DNA of 64,000 nucleotides from Harriotta raleighana (lineage: Eukaryota), in the NCBI GenBank assembly GCA_050575255.1, contig JBNZDD010013726.1, positions 1,280,409 to 1,344,408 of the forward strand, read 5' to 3'. Made by a program: the position numbers and the translations under genes. The notes beneath the pieces are model-generated. The model was not told the DNA's origin, ran no database searches, and saw only the letters and a program-made list of their open reading frames with translations. Shown here in pieces: positions 36,693 to 48,223 of the stretch (the stretch's first letter is position 1; each line of letters opens with the position of its first letter).

Positions 36693-37734
36693 TTGGAACT
36701 GTGTGGAATCTGATCTGTGAGAATTAAGGAATTTATAATCTTGAAGGGAATATGCAGTTAAAAGTCTTGATGTAACAGGAATAGAAAATGGTTTACAACT
36801 TATGCTCTGTATTCACCTCAGAAAATCTATATCTGCTTTAAGTAGACTCACTTGTACTTACCACAAACTGAAGATGGTAGCCTTTAAATTGCTTAAAATT
36901 TTGAATTAAGTTAAGTCTTTCATCCGCTTAGCAAACTCTCTTTTTGTTTCCCTCAGTCATTTAATGTTAAGGTTAGGGCAGTTTTAATAGGAACCCTTAG
37001 GGATTATTCCCAATTACCAACATTTTCAAAGAGTATTGTGGGCCAAAGGGCTTTTAGGCTGATGAAGACATTAATTTTTTAGCAAATTGGAAAATGTAAT
37101 GTGTTTTTAATGTAAATTTTGATCCTACTGTTTAATATCTCTCTTTTTCCATTAAGAACGCCAAGTCAAAAAGAGTGCTTAATTTGTCAAAAAGTATGCT
37201 TTTTGATTCAATTGTGTTGGAGAGGAAAGGTTTTCTGTCTTAAAAAGTTCTGTGGCCACTTTTGGACTCCTCAGGGTTAATATGAGGGTGAGAGGTTAAG
37301 GCATGTTTTCATTTGACTATTTGGCAGCACTTTTACCCTTCATAAATCATAAAGTAAAGATTGTGCCAGAAATGACTTCATGTATTAGACTGGAGCTTTA
37401 GCATTACCCAGAAAAGCTAGACTGTCGTAACATTGAATTACTGATGGGAGATATTTAATGGGAGATACTTAAATTGCCAGCATAGAGTTGCAGTCACATT
37501 TAATGCATAGAAAAATCACAATACTATTTTTGACTGGTGCTTACTGACTGAGTAGACTGGTTTGGTTTGCAACTATTTGGTGAATGGAGTACAACTCTGA
37601 CACACACGAAGAGATGTGGTTGTCTTGCTGTGCAGTTTCTCCTGCCTATGAGCAAGCGTTCTCTTTCACAGCGTTCTCTATTTCTCAGTACTGCGCTTCA
37701 GAGGACAAGAGTTTCTATTAGTTTTGTGTATCAA

Positions 37735-38105
37735 CCTGGCTCAGTTGGCAGCAATCTCGCTTCTGAGTCAGAAGGTTGTGAGTTCAAGCCCCACTTCAGG
37801 AGTTTGAACTTGTATAGTGTTAGCAGACACTCCAATGCAGTGCCAGGGGAGCGCTGTATTGTCAGAGGTGCTGCTATTTCACTGAGATCTCGTCTGCCTG
37901 TTCATTAAATATCCCATGGCACTATTCAAAAAGAGAAGTGAGTTTCTCTCAGTGTCTTGCCAGCAATTCCCACTTAAAACAGTGCAAATTAATTGCTTTG
38001 TTTGGCTACAATACACACAGTCACTACATTTAACAGTAAAAATCCTGCAATATGCTTGGATATTGCCTTCTGATATGAAAGCTATTTATCAAATGTAAGA
38101 ATTAT
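37735..38105 (+). mobile_element. SacSINE1-like SINE with internal deletions
   Basis: TGGCTCAGTTGGCAGCAATCTCGCTTCTGAGTCAGAAGGTTGTGAGTTCAAGCCCCAC tRNA head; GCGCTGTATTGTCAGAGGTGC; ATCCCATGGCACTATTC Deu core. Confidence 0.75.
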
Positions 38106-38519
38106 AGCATCTGTTTTCTGTGTTTATATCCCATAAACAACGTGACAGCTGTGTCCCACAAATAGTCGTGGATTGACTAGCCTAATTATTACTATTTTTT
38201 TTTAAAAGGAGTTATTAAATGGAAGGATTATTATTATTATTATTAATTCTGGTAAAGCAAATCATCAATCGACTAATAATCATGTTTCTACTTTCCTTTA
38301 GGTAGATAGAGGCAAGTAAACTTGCCTGAGGTTTCGCCCTGTCTAGGAATCAAACCCAGGTCCCCTTGCTTGCAAGGCAAATGCTACAACCTCTAAGCTA
38401 TATGTTAGCGAATAAGATTGTTCTGAAAAAGGACCACTGTAGTCCATCTGGCAGGTCCCAAAGTAAAATAAATAAAATTAATAAATAATTCAAAACGGCT
38501 CTGTAGCTCATATCCCTTA

Positions 38520-38620
38520 ATTTATTTCTTTGCCAAATAGTGATCTAATTTCCTCTTGAATTTACTGATGCAGTATACCTCTCTGGGCAGTCTATTCCAT
38601 ATATTCACCACTCTGTTTAG
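38520..38620 (-). mobile_element. CR1 ORF2 C-terminal fragment
   Basis: Translation RVVNIWNRLPREV..ISKFKRKLDHYL. Confidence 0.75.
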
Positions 38621-39793
38621 AATCATTAAATTTGAGCAGCTCAGCTCAGTCCAAATTAATATTCCAAAGGATGTGAGTTTTGCCGATGAATTTTGCAAAA
38701 CTGACATCCATTTGGAAGAGAAGGGAAAGGGATGGTGGGGGAAGGGGGAGAAAAGGAAATTAATTTTCACCCTAGACTCTGCTCATGCTAACCCGAGTGC
38801 ATTTCTTGTTTAATGGGAGTAGAGCAGAGCTACACAGAGATAACTGATCTGCAATCTGCACCCTTTGATGCCTATTGGTGCCTCATGGGAGTAGGCATGT
38901 GTTTGATTGAAAGAGTGCTGAAAGTGAAACTTAATGAAGTGAAAGCTTTTACCTTTCGCAGAAATACATCAAGGTTTCCATGTTTGGTGCTACTGGCAAG
39001 AACTAGGGGAAAAATCCCTTCTGTGAAACAGATGCTTCTTGATCGGATCCGTACTGAAGCCCTTATATAGTCGCTGTCTTTTGTCAGATTACAGATTCTT
39101 ATCAGCTTTGTCGGTTCATCACTTAAGTCATGGCTGAGGAGTATTTTGAAAAGCATTTCTTGTCTCACTTTGTAAATAATCCCCAAATCACAGCCTGATG
39201 CTACAAAGGTGTGTCCATTCCATTCTCTTGCCCAGAGACCTTGCAAATGGGAATATTGCCAATTCAACTACTTGCTATAGAATTTTTAAAACTTTAAAAC
39301 AAGTCCCAGATAGAAACATAGAAATATGCTGAGGCTTATTGTTTCTTTGATTTGGGTTCTAAAATGTAGACAATTGAAGGTCACATTGAAACTGGTTATG
39401 TACTTTGTATCATTCATACATTAATATATAAAAGCACAGAGGAAGAAAATCCACTGAACTAATCACACAAATTGGGTTTGAAAATGTAGCTGTGATTCAA
39501 TGGTCCCACTCAGTAGCGATCAGACCAGGTGGGTTTTGAACTATATTGATTCTTCCTTTTGATATTCTTTTGATGAAGAACGCATTGAATAATTGAAACA
39601 ATGAACTTGTCTCGGGCTTTAATCATTGCAATATTTTTAAGCCTAGACTGCTGCATTCAATGAGCCTAATCTGCGTTCCCAGCTATCATCACCACTTGGT
39701 ACATAAAAGCAAAAGAGGATAACTTTGATTGCCCCACCGAATCATGGAACTTTTTGATGTGTGCTTTTTAAACCCTGATTCCTAATACTATAT

Positions 39794-40127
39794 AATAAAT
39801 AATAATAATATAATAATCCTTGCATTTGATATAGCGCTTTTCACATCTTCTCGACGTCCCAAAGCACTTCACAGAATATACTGTAAAGTGAATTGACTGT
39901 ATATTTGTGGGCGGAACGCGGCAGCCAATTGTGCACAGCAGCGTCCCACAAACAGTCATAGATTGAAATGACCAATTTTATTATTGTGGGTTTTTTTTGG
40001 AGGGATTATTATTAGTCATGTGGAGTAAGGAAACTTGCCCAAGATTTCGCCCTGACCTACCTGGATTCGAACACAGGTCTCATGCTTGTAAGGCAAGTGC
40101 TCTAACCACTAAGCCACAGGAGCTCCA
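39794..40127 (-). mobile_element. Full-length tRNA/Deu SINE with a probable TSD
   Basis: One of the best-preserved copies; flanks AATACTATAT (39784-39793) and AATACTGTAT (40129-40138). Confidence 0.92.
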
Positions 40128-41949
40128 CAATACTGTATTAACTCCACAAGGAATTATAGTTTCACATTAAACAGAAACAACAAGAAGTTTTGATCTGTAC
40201 TGCTTTCTCAAAGCATCTTGTAGATAATAGTTTGATGGTATGTTTTATTGCTTCAGTTAGTTGAAGTATACTTTTGGGTGACCTTGGAGCATGACTGTTT
40301 GCTTCAGTGAACCAACAACAGCTGGTTAGTCAAATGTGACCATCTATCTGTAGAGAAAACTTGTGAATTATACACATTTTAAAAAAATTATTTTTTTGCA
40401 AATAACAGTATGTATATATATATTTTTTAATCCCATTGTGTGCCAACACTGTAAATTCTCACAGTCCTGAACGCTGAACAATTTAACAATCTTGGCTTAC
40501 TAAACCAAAGACAGAGTTTTAAAACAAAATATTGTACTCTTGATTTGTTTTCTTTTAAAATACATTTACAGGGATGTTTTTGTTCCCTTTATAAATTTCC
40601 AGTTTTCATTGGCATTGGCTGCAAGTGAGGTGAAGAAACTGGAATTAAGAAAATTTTGATTATAATTTCAGAAATTATAACAGTCCCAAACAGAACAAAA
40701 ACTACTTTTCCTGCTTGTCACTCACATTGGTCCTTGAGTGCTTCAAACACAATATTCGCAATGATTTTTTTATGCATTTTATTTTGATTGTTTGTCTTCC
40801 CCTTGCTTCCTTCTATGAAAGAAAATCTCAATTTAATTGGAGGAATCTCAGTCATCCATGCTCTGCTCATCCATCCAGAACTCCACTTGCACCTTAACAT
40901 AACATTACATGTAAACATGATCTGCAGTGGTGGAGAGGGAGGCAAAAACCTATTCATTGCTATTCTGTCTCACAGGAGAGAATACGATCCAATTCTCTCG
41001 ATGAAAACTACTTCTTCAAGCGCTCTGAGACGCCATCTGGCGTGGAGGTCGCTATATAAATCAAAGCTGTTGTTGTTCCTCATTTAAAGTTGCCCTTGCT
41101 GAAAATTTATTTGCCTTAATAGATGACACCACATGAATGTCTGCTTAATTCCATAGGTGAAGTAAACACAAAACTCAGAAAGCACACAACCTAACCCTTT
41201 TGTTATGTGCCTCATCACAGGTATTGATCCTAGTTTGGCTCAGTCTGAAGCCTGGCTCTCGCCTCTGAATCGGATTGTCAGTTCAAACCCCCGTCAGGTC
41301 TTTAAAATTGTTTGTGGAGCACTCAGTTCTGTTTAGTCTTAAATTTTAAATAAGAATAATTCTAAGACTTTTTGGTTTTAGAAGTTCACAAGTCAGACAG
41401 ACAAAGAAGCAATCAATGTGTTATTGCAGCATCGTTTGCCTCCGGTTGCAATCACTTTTGGCAGGTAACCATTTTTATTCTATCTTTGGTTCGAATAACT
41501 ACTGTTTCTACCTCCAATAGGAAGGGTGCTTTTAACAAGCTGGATGTTCTGAACACAGATAAGAAACTGAAAGTGTGAACTCAACAATTCAACAGAAGGA
41601 AATAAAAGAGTTTTGGTGGAAATATTTAGCGACTTGAATAAAAGGAAGAAATGCAAAAATTTGGCAAATTTTATGAAAAAGTTTTTATATGACCATGGAA
41701 GATATAAATATGTTTATGTAAAATCTACTTAATGCATTTTAGTATCTATAATTCAGGATCATTTGCCAAAAATATTTATGATTCATGTAAGTCAGCATGA
41801 ACTCAGTGACAGGATCTTGTCTGGCTTAGTTAAATGGAGGAGAACAATCCTGTAAATATATATCTTTAGCACCCTCAATCATTACTTCAAATGACAAGTG
41901 GAAAGAGGTCATGGACTTCCTTACCTCTAAAACAGAAAACATCCACCTC

Positions 41950-42192
41950 GCAGCCTAATTCTCCCACCCCACGTCCCCTACCCCATGTGGCATACCACCT
42001 CCCCCCACCACCCCATTCTGTCTCCTTCACCCAGCCCGCTCTCCTACCACAGTCCCCATCCTACAAATCCTTGCTTGCACTTCTCCTTGCTCCATCTCAT
42101 CCTCCATCATCGTGAAACCCATTATCAGCACCTTGGGACATCCTCCTGACAATGAAAGACGGTATAAAAATATTACTTGGTTGTTGTTATTG
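41950..42192 (+). mobile_element. L2 3' UTR and tail
   Basis: C-rich segment followed by AGCACCTTGGGACATCCTCCTGAC..TGAAAG and TTGTTGTT. Confidence 0.6.
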
Positions 42193-42429
42193 TTTCAAGA
42201 AGTATTTGTGATCAAATTATCTATCAGTGGACTTTTAGTGAAAGGTAGGGGGGGCTTGTGAAATTCAAAGCAAGGTTGTAGTAAAGAGAGCTTGCAGAAT
42301 TTGGGGAGCACAAAGAAAGGATTGGAAACTGCAATGGGATATAAATGCAAGTTGTTGTTGAGGAGTGTGTTCAGTCCTCACAACACTTTACATAATCTAT
42401 GTAAAGGTCAAAACGGTGAGAATTAAATG

Positions 42430-42575
42430 GCAGAACTGCTGAGTAGTTTGGCTAATGACTAACAAATTGGATTTTAATGTGGATAAATGCAACATGATGA
42501 ATATAAGTGTAAAAATGATTGAGTTTGATCACAAGATGAATGGCTGGCTCTTAAAAACAGCACAGGGGAAGGATT
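42430..42575 (+). mobile_element. Degraded CR1 reverse-transcriptase fragment
   Basis: TTTAATGTGGATAAATGCAACATGATG encodes FNVDKCNMM (CR1 FN..KC.VMH motif), followed by ..KMNG..L. Confidence 0.6.
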
Positions 42576-43802
42576 AAACACCTGTCTTCTCTGAGATGGT
42601 TACAAACATTGCAAATGGAATTGCTGGACTAGAATTAATCTTAAAAATCATCTTGTTGCATTGATCACCTTAAAATCTATGTGGGGATTCTTCTGCTACA
42701 TCAATACAATACCTCCAGTACCCACAACAGCCACCCTTTGACTTTACTGTGGTAAGGCAGCCCACATTCATTCCAACTAACATCTGGAGAGGTGGTATAG
42801 ATGGGTAACTTTCATCCCAGCGTGATTAAATCGGATTGAAACGATTGTGTTCTAACGCATTATGCCATGTAGTTATCATTCTTTTAAAAGTCACTCACAA
42901 ATTTGGGGCTGCAGTTTATTCCTACAAGGAGACTAAATCTGAAGGGAAAGGTGCTTTCTAAAATTGGTGTTAAAAGGGGAAAAAGATACAAGCAAAGAGA
43001 GGACATAACTTTTTTTTGGAGGAACATGCCTATAGTTGATATGCTGTCTACAACTTATGTGAAAAAAAAAGTACTATTTTGACCTGTTTTAAAGCAATAT
43101 TGACATTTGCTATTGTCGGAAGTAAGTGGGGGAAATAAGAAGTAATTTAGGGGAATCTTAGATGTGAGAAACTAGATGATAGAGGCAATGGGATCTATTT
43201 GAGTCTCTACAAGATTCCAAATGGAACAATCTCTCTGAATGATCAGTTCTGGTTCCAGAGATTCTCACAAAATGTCACCGCAGACATAGTCCAGCTTTTG
43301 CTTTAATAAGACCTTGTATTTTGGAACTGAAAGCCTGATGTCTAAGGTCCTGTTTTACACAAAGATTACACACAGGGCTCTTCTATGGCAAAAATGAACA
43401 GACATATTCATCCCAGTTGTTTGTCTTCAGCTTCTGGCATGGATCAAGGAAAGTGGAAGTGACATTAAGTCAGACACAAAAATGGATCCTTGTCTCTTGC
43501 TATCTCGATCCTTTCGCAGTCTACACTATCCAAAGGCACCATCTTAAACTGATCAAAGAAACAGTTGGTGCATGAGTGTGCTTGGGGAGCGGAGGGTGAA
43601 ATGATGATGTGATTAGAAAGCTTAAGGAGAAGCTGTTGCTGTAATTTTTCATGTGGTCAGTGTTTTAAATTCATGAACAATTTTGCAATTTTGCAATTTT
43701 GTATCTGAAAGTATCTGAAATAATCAGTCAATGAAATTTTAAAAATAATGCAAATTAACCCATTGCACCATTTGAATATTCTGTTCACCATTGCTAGCCA
43801 TG

Positions 43803-44093
43803 ATAATATTAATAATAATCCTTGATATAGCACTTTTCACATCTTCTAGATGTCTCAATGCACTTCATATAATTTACTGTAAAGTAAGTTGACTGTATAT
43901 TTGTGCGTGAAACGCATCAGACAATTGCGCAGAGTAGTGTCCCATAAACAGTTGTGGATTGAAATTACCAATTTTTTTTTGACGGATTATTATTAGTCAT
44001 GTGGATTAAGGTTTTGCCCTGACCTGCCTGGATTCGAACACAGATCTCACGCTTGTAAGGAGAGTGCTCTAACCACTGAGCTACAGGACTCCA
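43803..44093 (-). mobile_element. Full-length tRNA/Deu SINE
   Basis: Tail AATAATAATCCTTG at the left, head CTAACCACTGAGCTACAGGACTCCA; CCATGAT occurs at both junctions (possible TSD). Confidence 0.88.
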
Positions 44094-44386
44094 TGATTAG
44101 TTGGTATTAAATCACGTTAAGATTCAAGCTGTGACTTTTGATTTGTAGAAATAACTTTACAACAATGGAGAGTTAGAAACAGATTGCAGAGTTGTATTTG
44201 CTGAGTACACAAAACTGTGGTCTTCCACTTTCCCAATAATTAGATGTTTCACACACAGTGAGAACAGGAAGAGCAGCAAGTGCCGTTGAAAAGAACTGTA
44301 CAACTGCTGTGTAAGGTTTACTCACATGTTTTGAAAGTGATTCATCAGAAGGTTGTATGGAAATTGTTCTACTGTTGAGCTCAGAA

Positions 44387-44413
<27 letters not shown>
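44387..44413. repeat. (TG)n microsatellite
   Basis: About 13 TG units. Confidence 0.95.
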
Positions 44414-44419
<6 letters not shown>

Positions 44420-44774
44420 AGCGGTCTAAGTGACTGCATAAAAATGTTAAGATGGAATGACTCTAGCTTAGCAAATAATATTGTCTTTGTTCGGAGAAGC
44501 TGGCAGAAAGCATGTTTGTTTGTACATTTTATATTCTACTTAAAGAAGATTTTCAATGACGTATGTGTTGTAGTGCTTGAGGAGACAGCACAAAAACATA
44601 AAGCATTTATGTGACATTTTAAGAGCAAATTTGAAGCATGAATGCTGAAATCGTAACTGACTTGTAACACTCTCCTACGTGTTGCATCCTATGGGTTCTA
44701 ATTTGTATTATTTCTTAAAAGGTTCCTCAATAATCAATTCACATCAGAAAAAACAGGATTCATTTATACAGTAA

Positions 44775-45220
44775 TCTAATATAATAATCCTTGCATTTAA
44801 TATAGAGCCTTGTCATGTTGTTGAGACATCTCAAAGCACTTCACAAAATATCCTGTGAAGTGAATTGACTATATATTTTGTTGGTGAAATTTATTGGCAA
44901 TTACTTATTCCTTGAAATCCAATTTTCACCTGAGGAGGTGCTCATTGTCTATCATTTAGGATGAGGCTGGGATTCCATTTGTCATTTCAGGAAAATGGTG
45001 AAGCCATGAGGCAATTCAAAATGAGCAGGGAGTTTCTCCTGGTATTCTGGCTAATAATTCTCCAATTGAATTGGTCATTCGTTTCCTGTCTGTTTTGGGG
45101 ATATTGTTGCATACAATATCAATTGGCTGCTGTGTTTGCCTACAATTACCTGGTTCCCCTATAAATTAATAGTGATTACTGTGAAGCACTTTGAGACATT
45201 TCAATATGAAACGCTTTTAC
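44775..45220. mobile_element. SINE tail (minus, 44775-44890) and Deu-SINE 3' fragment (plus, 45020-45220)
   Basis: ATAATCCTTGCATTT...AAAGCACTTCAC; GAGCAGGGAGTTTCTCCTGG...AATTGGCTGCTGTGTTTGCCTAC...GAAGCACTTTGAGAC. Confidence 0.65.
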
Positions 45221-48159
45221 AGTATATCAAACCCTAGAAGTTTTCTGAAAAAAACTGAATGCATTCTTTGTACCATCATTTCTCATGAAAAACAGATTTA
45301 AAACTTTTAAAAGAATATTGTATTGATATAAGAAAATAATTAATTCACGAATGCAATGGTCTCCCACCTCTTTCCAGGGCAGTTTGAGTTACAGGGTGAT
45401 TAAAAGCCTATCAACCTTTATGCCAGCTGAATCCTTGATGCTTTGTGACACACTCTTGACCTATGTGCTGCCCTCTATGTAACACATTCCCAGCTCCTGG
45501 CAACATGATAGTAATCATGGTCTGTTCATTGATATCCCTTCCAAATCAATGTTATCTGAGCACAGTATCATCTGGGCCTCTAAGAACAGCTCAATTTCAG
45601 TGAATGGAGAATGAGTTACTCACAGGGCTGGAAGCCACAAAGAAATGTCCAAGTTTCAACAAATTTGGCTCTACATGGTATATTTCTCTAGTTTTGATGA
45701 AAGTGAATAATAAATGGAGAAATCCAAGCTTGGGTTACCATAACCATGGACAGAAATGAGAGCACAGGGCCCCTGGCTGGGTTTGACGCTAAAATTGCTT
45801 CAAATGTTAGATTGCATGTATTGCTTCTTTGCACACCAGTTTGAATTCATCCATGTAAATAATGTCGTTTTAAGTGGGTGGATGCTGTTTCTGTTGCAAA
45901 GCTGCGAGGTGGCAAATCCAGGAGATTATCAGTTCATCGACAAAATGTAGCAGGTTGCTGACTGAGATCATCTACAAATTACAGCGCAGGCAAAAATCAG
46001 GAACATTCCCCACTTGATGGACTGAGATTTAGATCAGTTTCACCATTGCACTTGATGGCTCTTATTTGGAATTTGATGCAACTAACTCAGCCCTTTAAGC
46101 AATGCTTAATACAAACACTGCTGATTTAAATCAACCAAAAATTAATTGTACCTCAGCAAATGGTTTAGGAATGGACACCATAATCATGGAAGTGTACCCC
46201 AGCAGTAAGGGTAATCCTACAGCATGAAAGCACCATATAGTATGTGACCAATTCTAGTGGCACACAAGATTCCCCAGTATTATTGACAGTCATGTTCTTT
46301 GAATACAAATTTTCACCTGGAGATTGCACCACTGCACACTATGGGAGCTATAAATACATTATATATATTTTATCAGTGTCTCATGTTTCAACTGTATAAA
46401 ATATATATTTAAATGCACAGTCTATCATGGAGAGGAACCACTGAGGCATCTGAGCTCCCAGTTCCAACAGTAGAGCAACAGATAAGTCGGTGAGTAATTG
46501 ATTTTTCGAAGATCAATGTTAACTTTTTTTCATGGTTTGCAGCATAAATCCCAGTGATGTTGTGACCCAAGCTCAAAACTGTTCGTAGCATTAGTCATAC
46601 AAGCATCAGCACTGTATCAGAGATGACTGAAGTGCTTAAATGGTCTGAAGCTGAATTATACAAAAAACTTCATAGAAATCGACGAAATATTTACTTCTTG
46701 CCTGTATGTTGATATATGATCATGTATTTACAAAAATGTCTTGTAAAACTTTCTTACCGTCAATGGAACAGGTGGGGCAGAATTTGCCATGGAGTTGGCT
46801 TTGGTTGATCCTTAAGGCAGGCTTAACAGACCAAATACTTGTCCAGTAGCACACTTACTTGTTTCTTTTTCCTTATAAGCACCAAAAATGTGTAAAATTC
46901 TTCCATCAAATATGCTGCAGACCCAGTGTTGTTTTGATGTTGCAGATGTCACTTGTGAAATACACCAGGGCCTGAATGAACAATGCCACATTGATAGCCT
47001 GGTGTCTCGATCCTAGACGTTCTGTCTGATTGGCTGCAATGACTGGGAATCATTTCACAACACTCTGAATGTACTTTTCATGGTTATTTAGCTTCTTTCA
47101 GAGAGATTAAATGTTTGAGTATGTGACAGGAATGTACCATTCACAGCCTGTTGGAAGGATGGTGCGATCAACAAGTTGAATTACCTTTCTTATTTGGTGC
47201 TGCTTTACTCACTGTCTTTAAGTATGTCTTTATGTTTTTTTATATAAAAGGAAGCAACAACCNTGTACCATACACAGCCTGTTGGAAGGATGGTGCGATC
47301 AACAAGTCGAATTACCTTTCTTATTTGGTGCTGCTTTACTCACTGTCTTGTGCAGTTGTCTTTAAGTATGTCTTTATGTTTTTTTATATAAAAGGAAGCA
47401 ACAACCTAATGCTTTATGAAGAAATCCTTCTTCAATGGTATCATGGCATTGCGCTCAGTTTCATCAAGAAGGAATTTTGCTCACAGCCCTTTTATCTTAT
47501 TTATAATGTCTTGGAGAAAAACTTCACAATGTCCTGAAGAGATGAATCGGAGAGGGTTAAACCTGAGCTTCACATTAAGGAGGTTGTTATAAATTCACAG
47601 TCTCATCATAGTCCCATGTACACCTGGCTAGGTGGGCCTATTTTAGAAGTGTATTCATAAATTAAGGGTTACATGGATACAGGGATCAGGTAAGAGCTAT
47701 AAAGTGATGACTGATGCTTCTCAACACATTTCCCCAAATAGATGACAGCAGCATTCCACATTTTACACATGCAGAAATAAATAGCTATAAATAATGCATT
47801 GAGGTAGCAATCTGTATATGTCGAGCATGTTTTTTAAGCTTCTCCAAAGGGCCTTTTTACTGGTGTTGTTTTCAGATTTTTGATGACAAACAGAGATACA
47901 AAATTTTAGATGCCCAGGAGTGATTACAAAGCAATAATCTGATCAAGGGATTCAGATAGTTTGTTTGGAGTACAGTATAATGGATACCCGGAGGTGACTG
48001 CAATGAATAGTCTAACGGAAAGATGCAAATACTTGGCATGAAAGCAAGACAGTGATCTGGGTGACGTATTCAGATGGTTTTCACGAGGAATAATGGCATG
48101 GCTCAAAGCGAATGCAAAATTGTAATATATAATCAGTAATGTTTGGATGATTTGTAACG

Positions 48160-48223
48160 TTTGACCCCCATTAGAACACAATGTTTTTTTTTAAATTAAA
48201 CACTGTGTCCTAATGGGTTCAAA
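48160..48223. repeat. Long palindromic hairpin, MER126-like core
   Basis: Arms TTGACCCCCATTAGAACACAATGTTT and AAACACTGTGTCCTAATGGGTTCAA around an A/T loop. Confidence 0.7.

Noticed and set aside
38872-39267. 131-aa minus-strand ORF
   Set aside because: No recognisable domain and no convincing acceptor; the length is compatible with chance
44322-44355. Minus-strand CTGATGA...AAAACATGT hammerhead-like motif
   Set aside because: Lacks GAAA, has no helix II, and has G at the cleavage position
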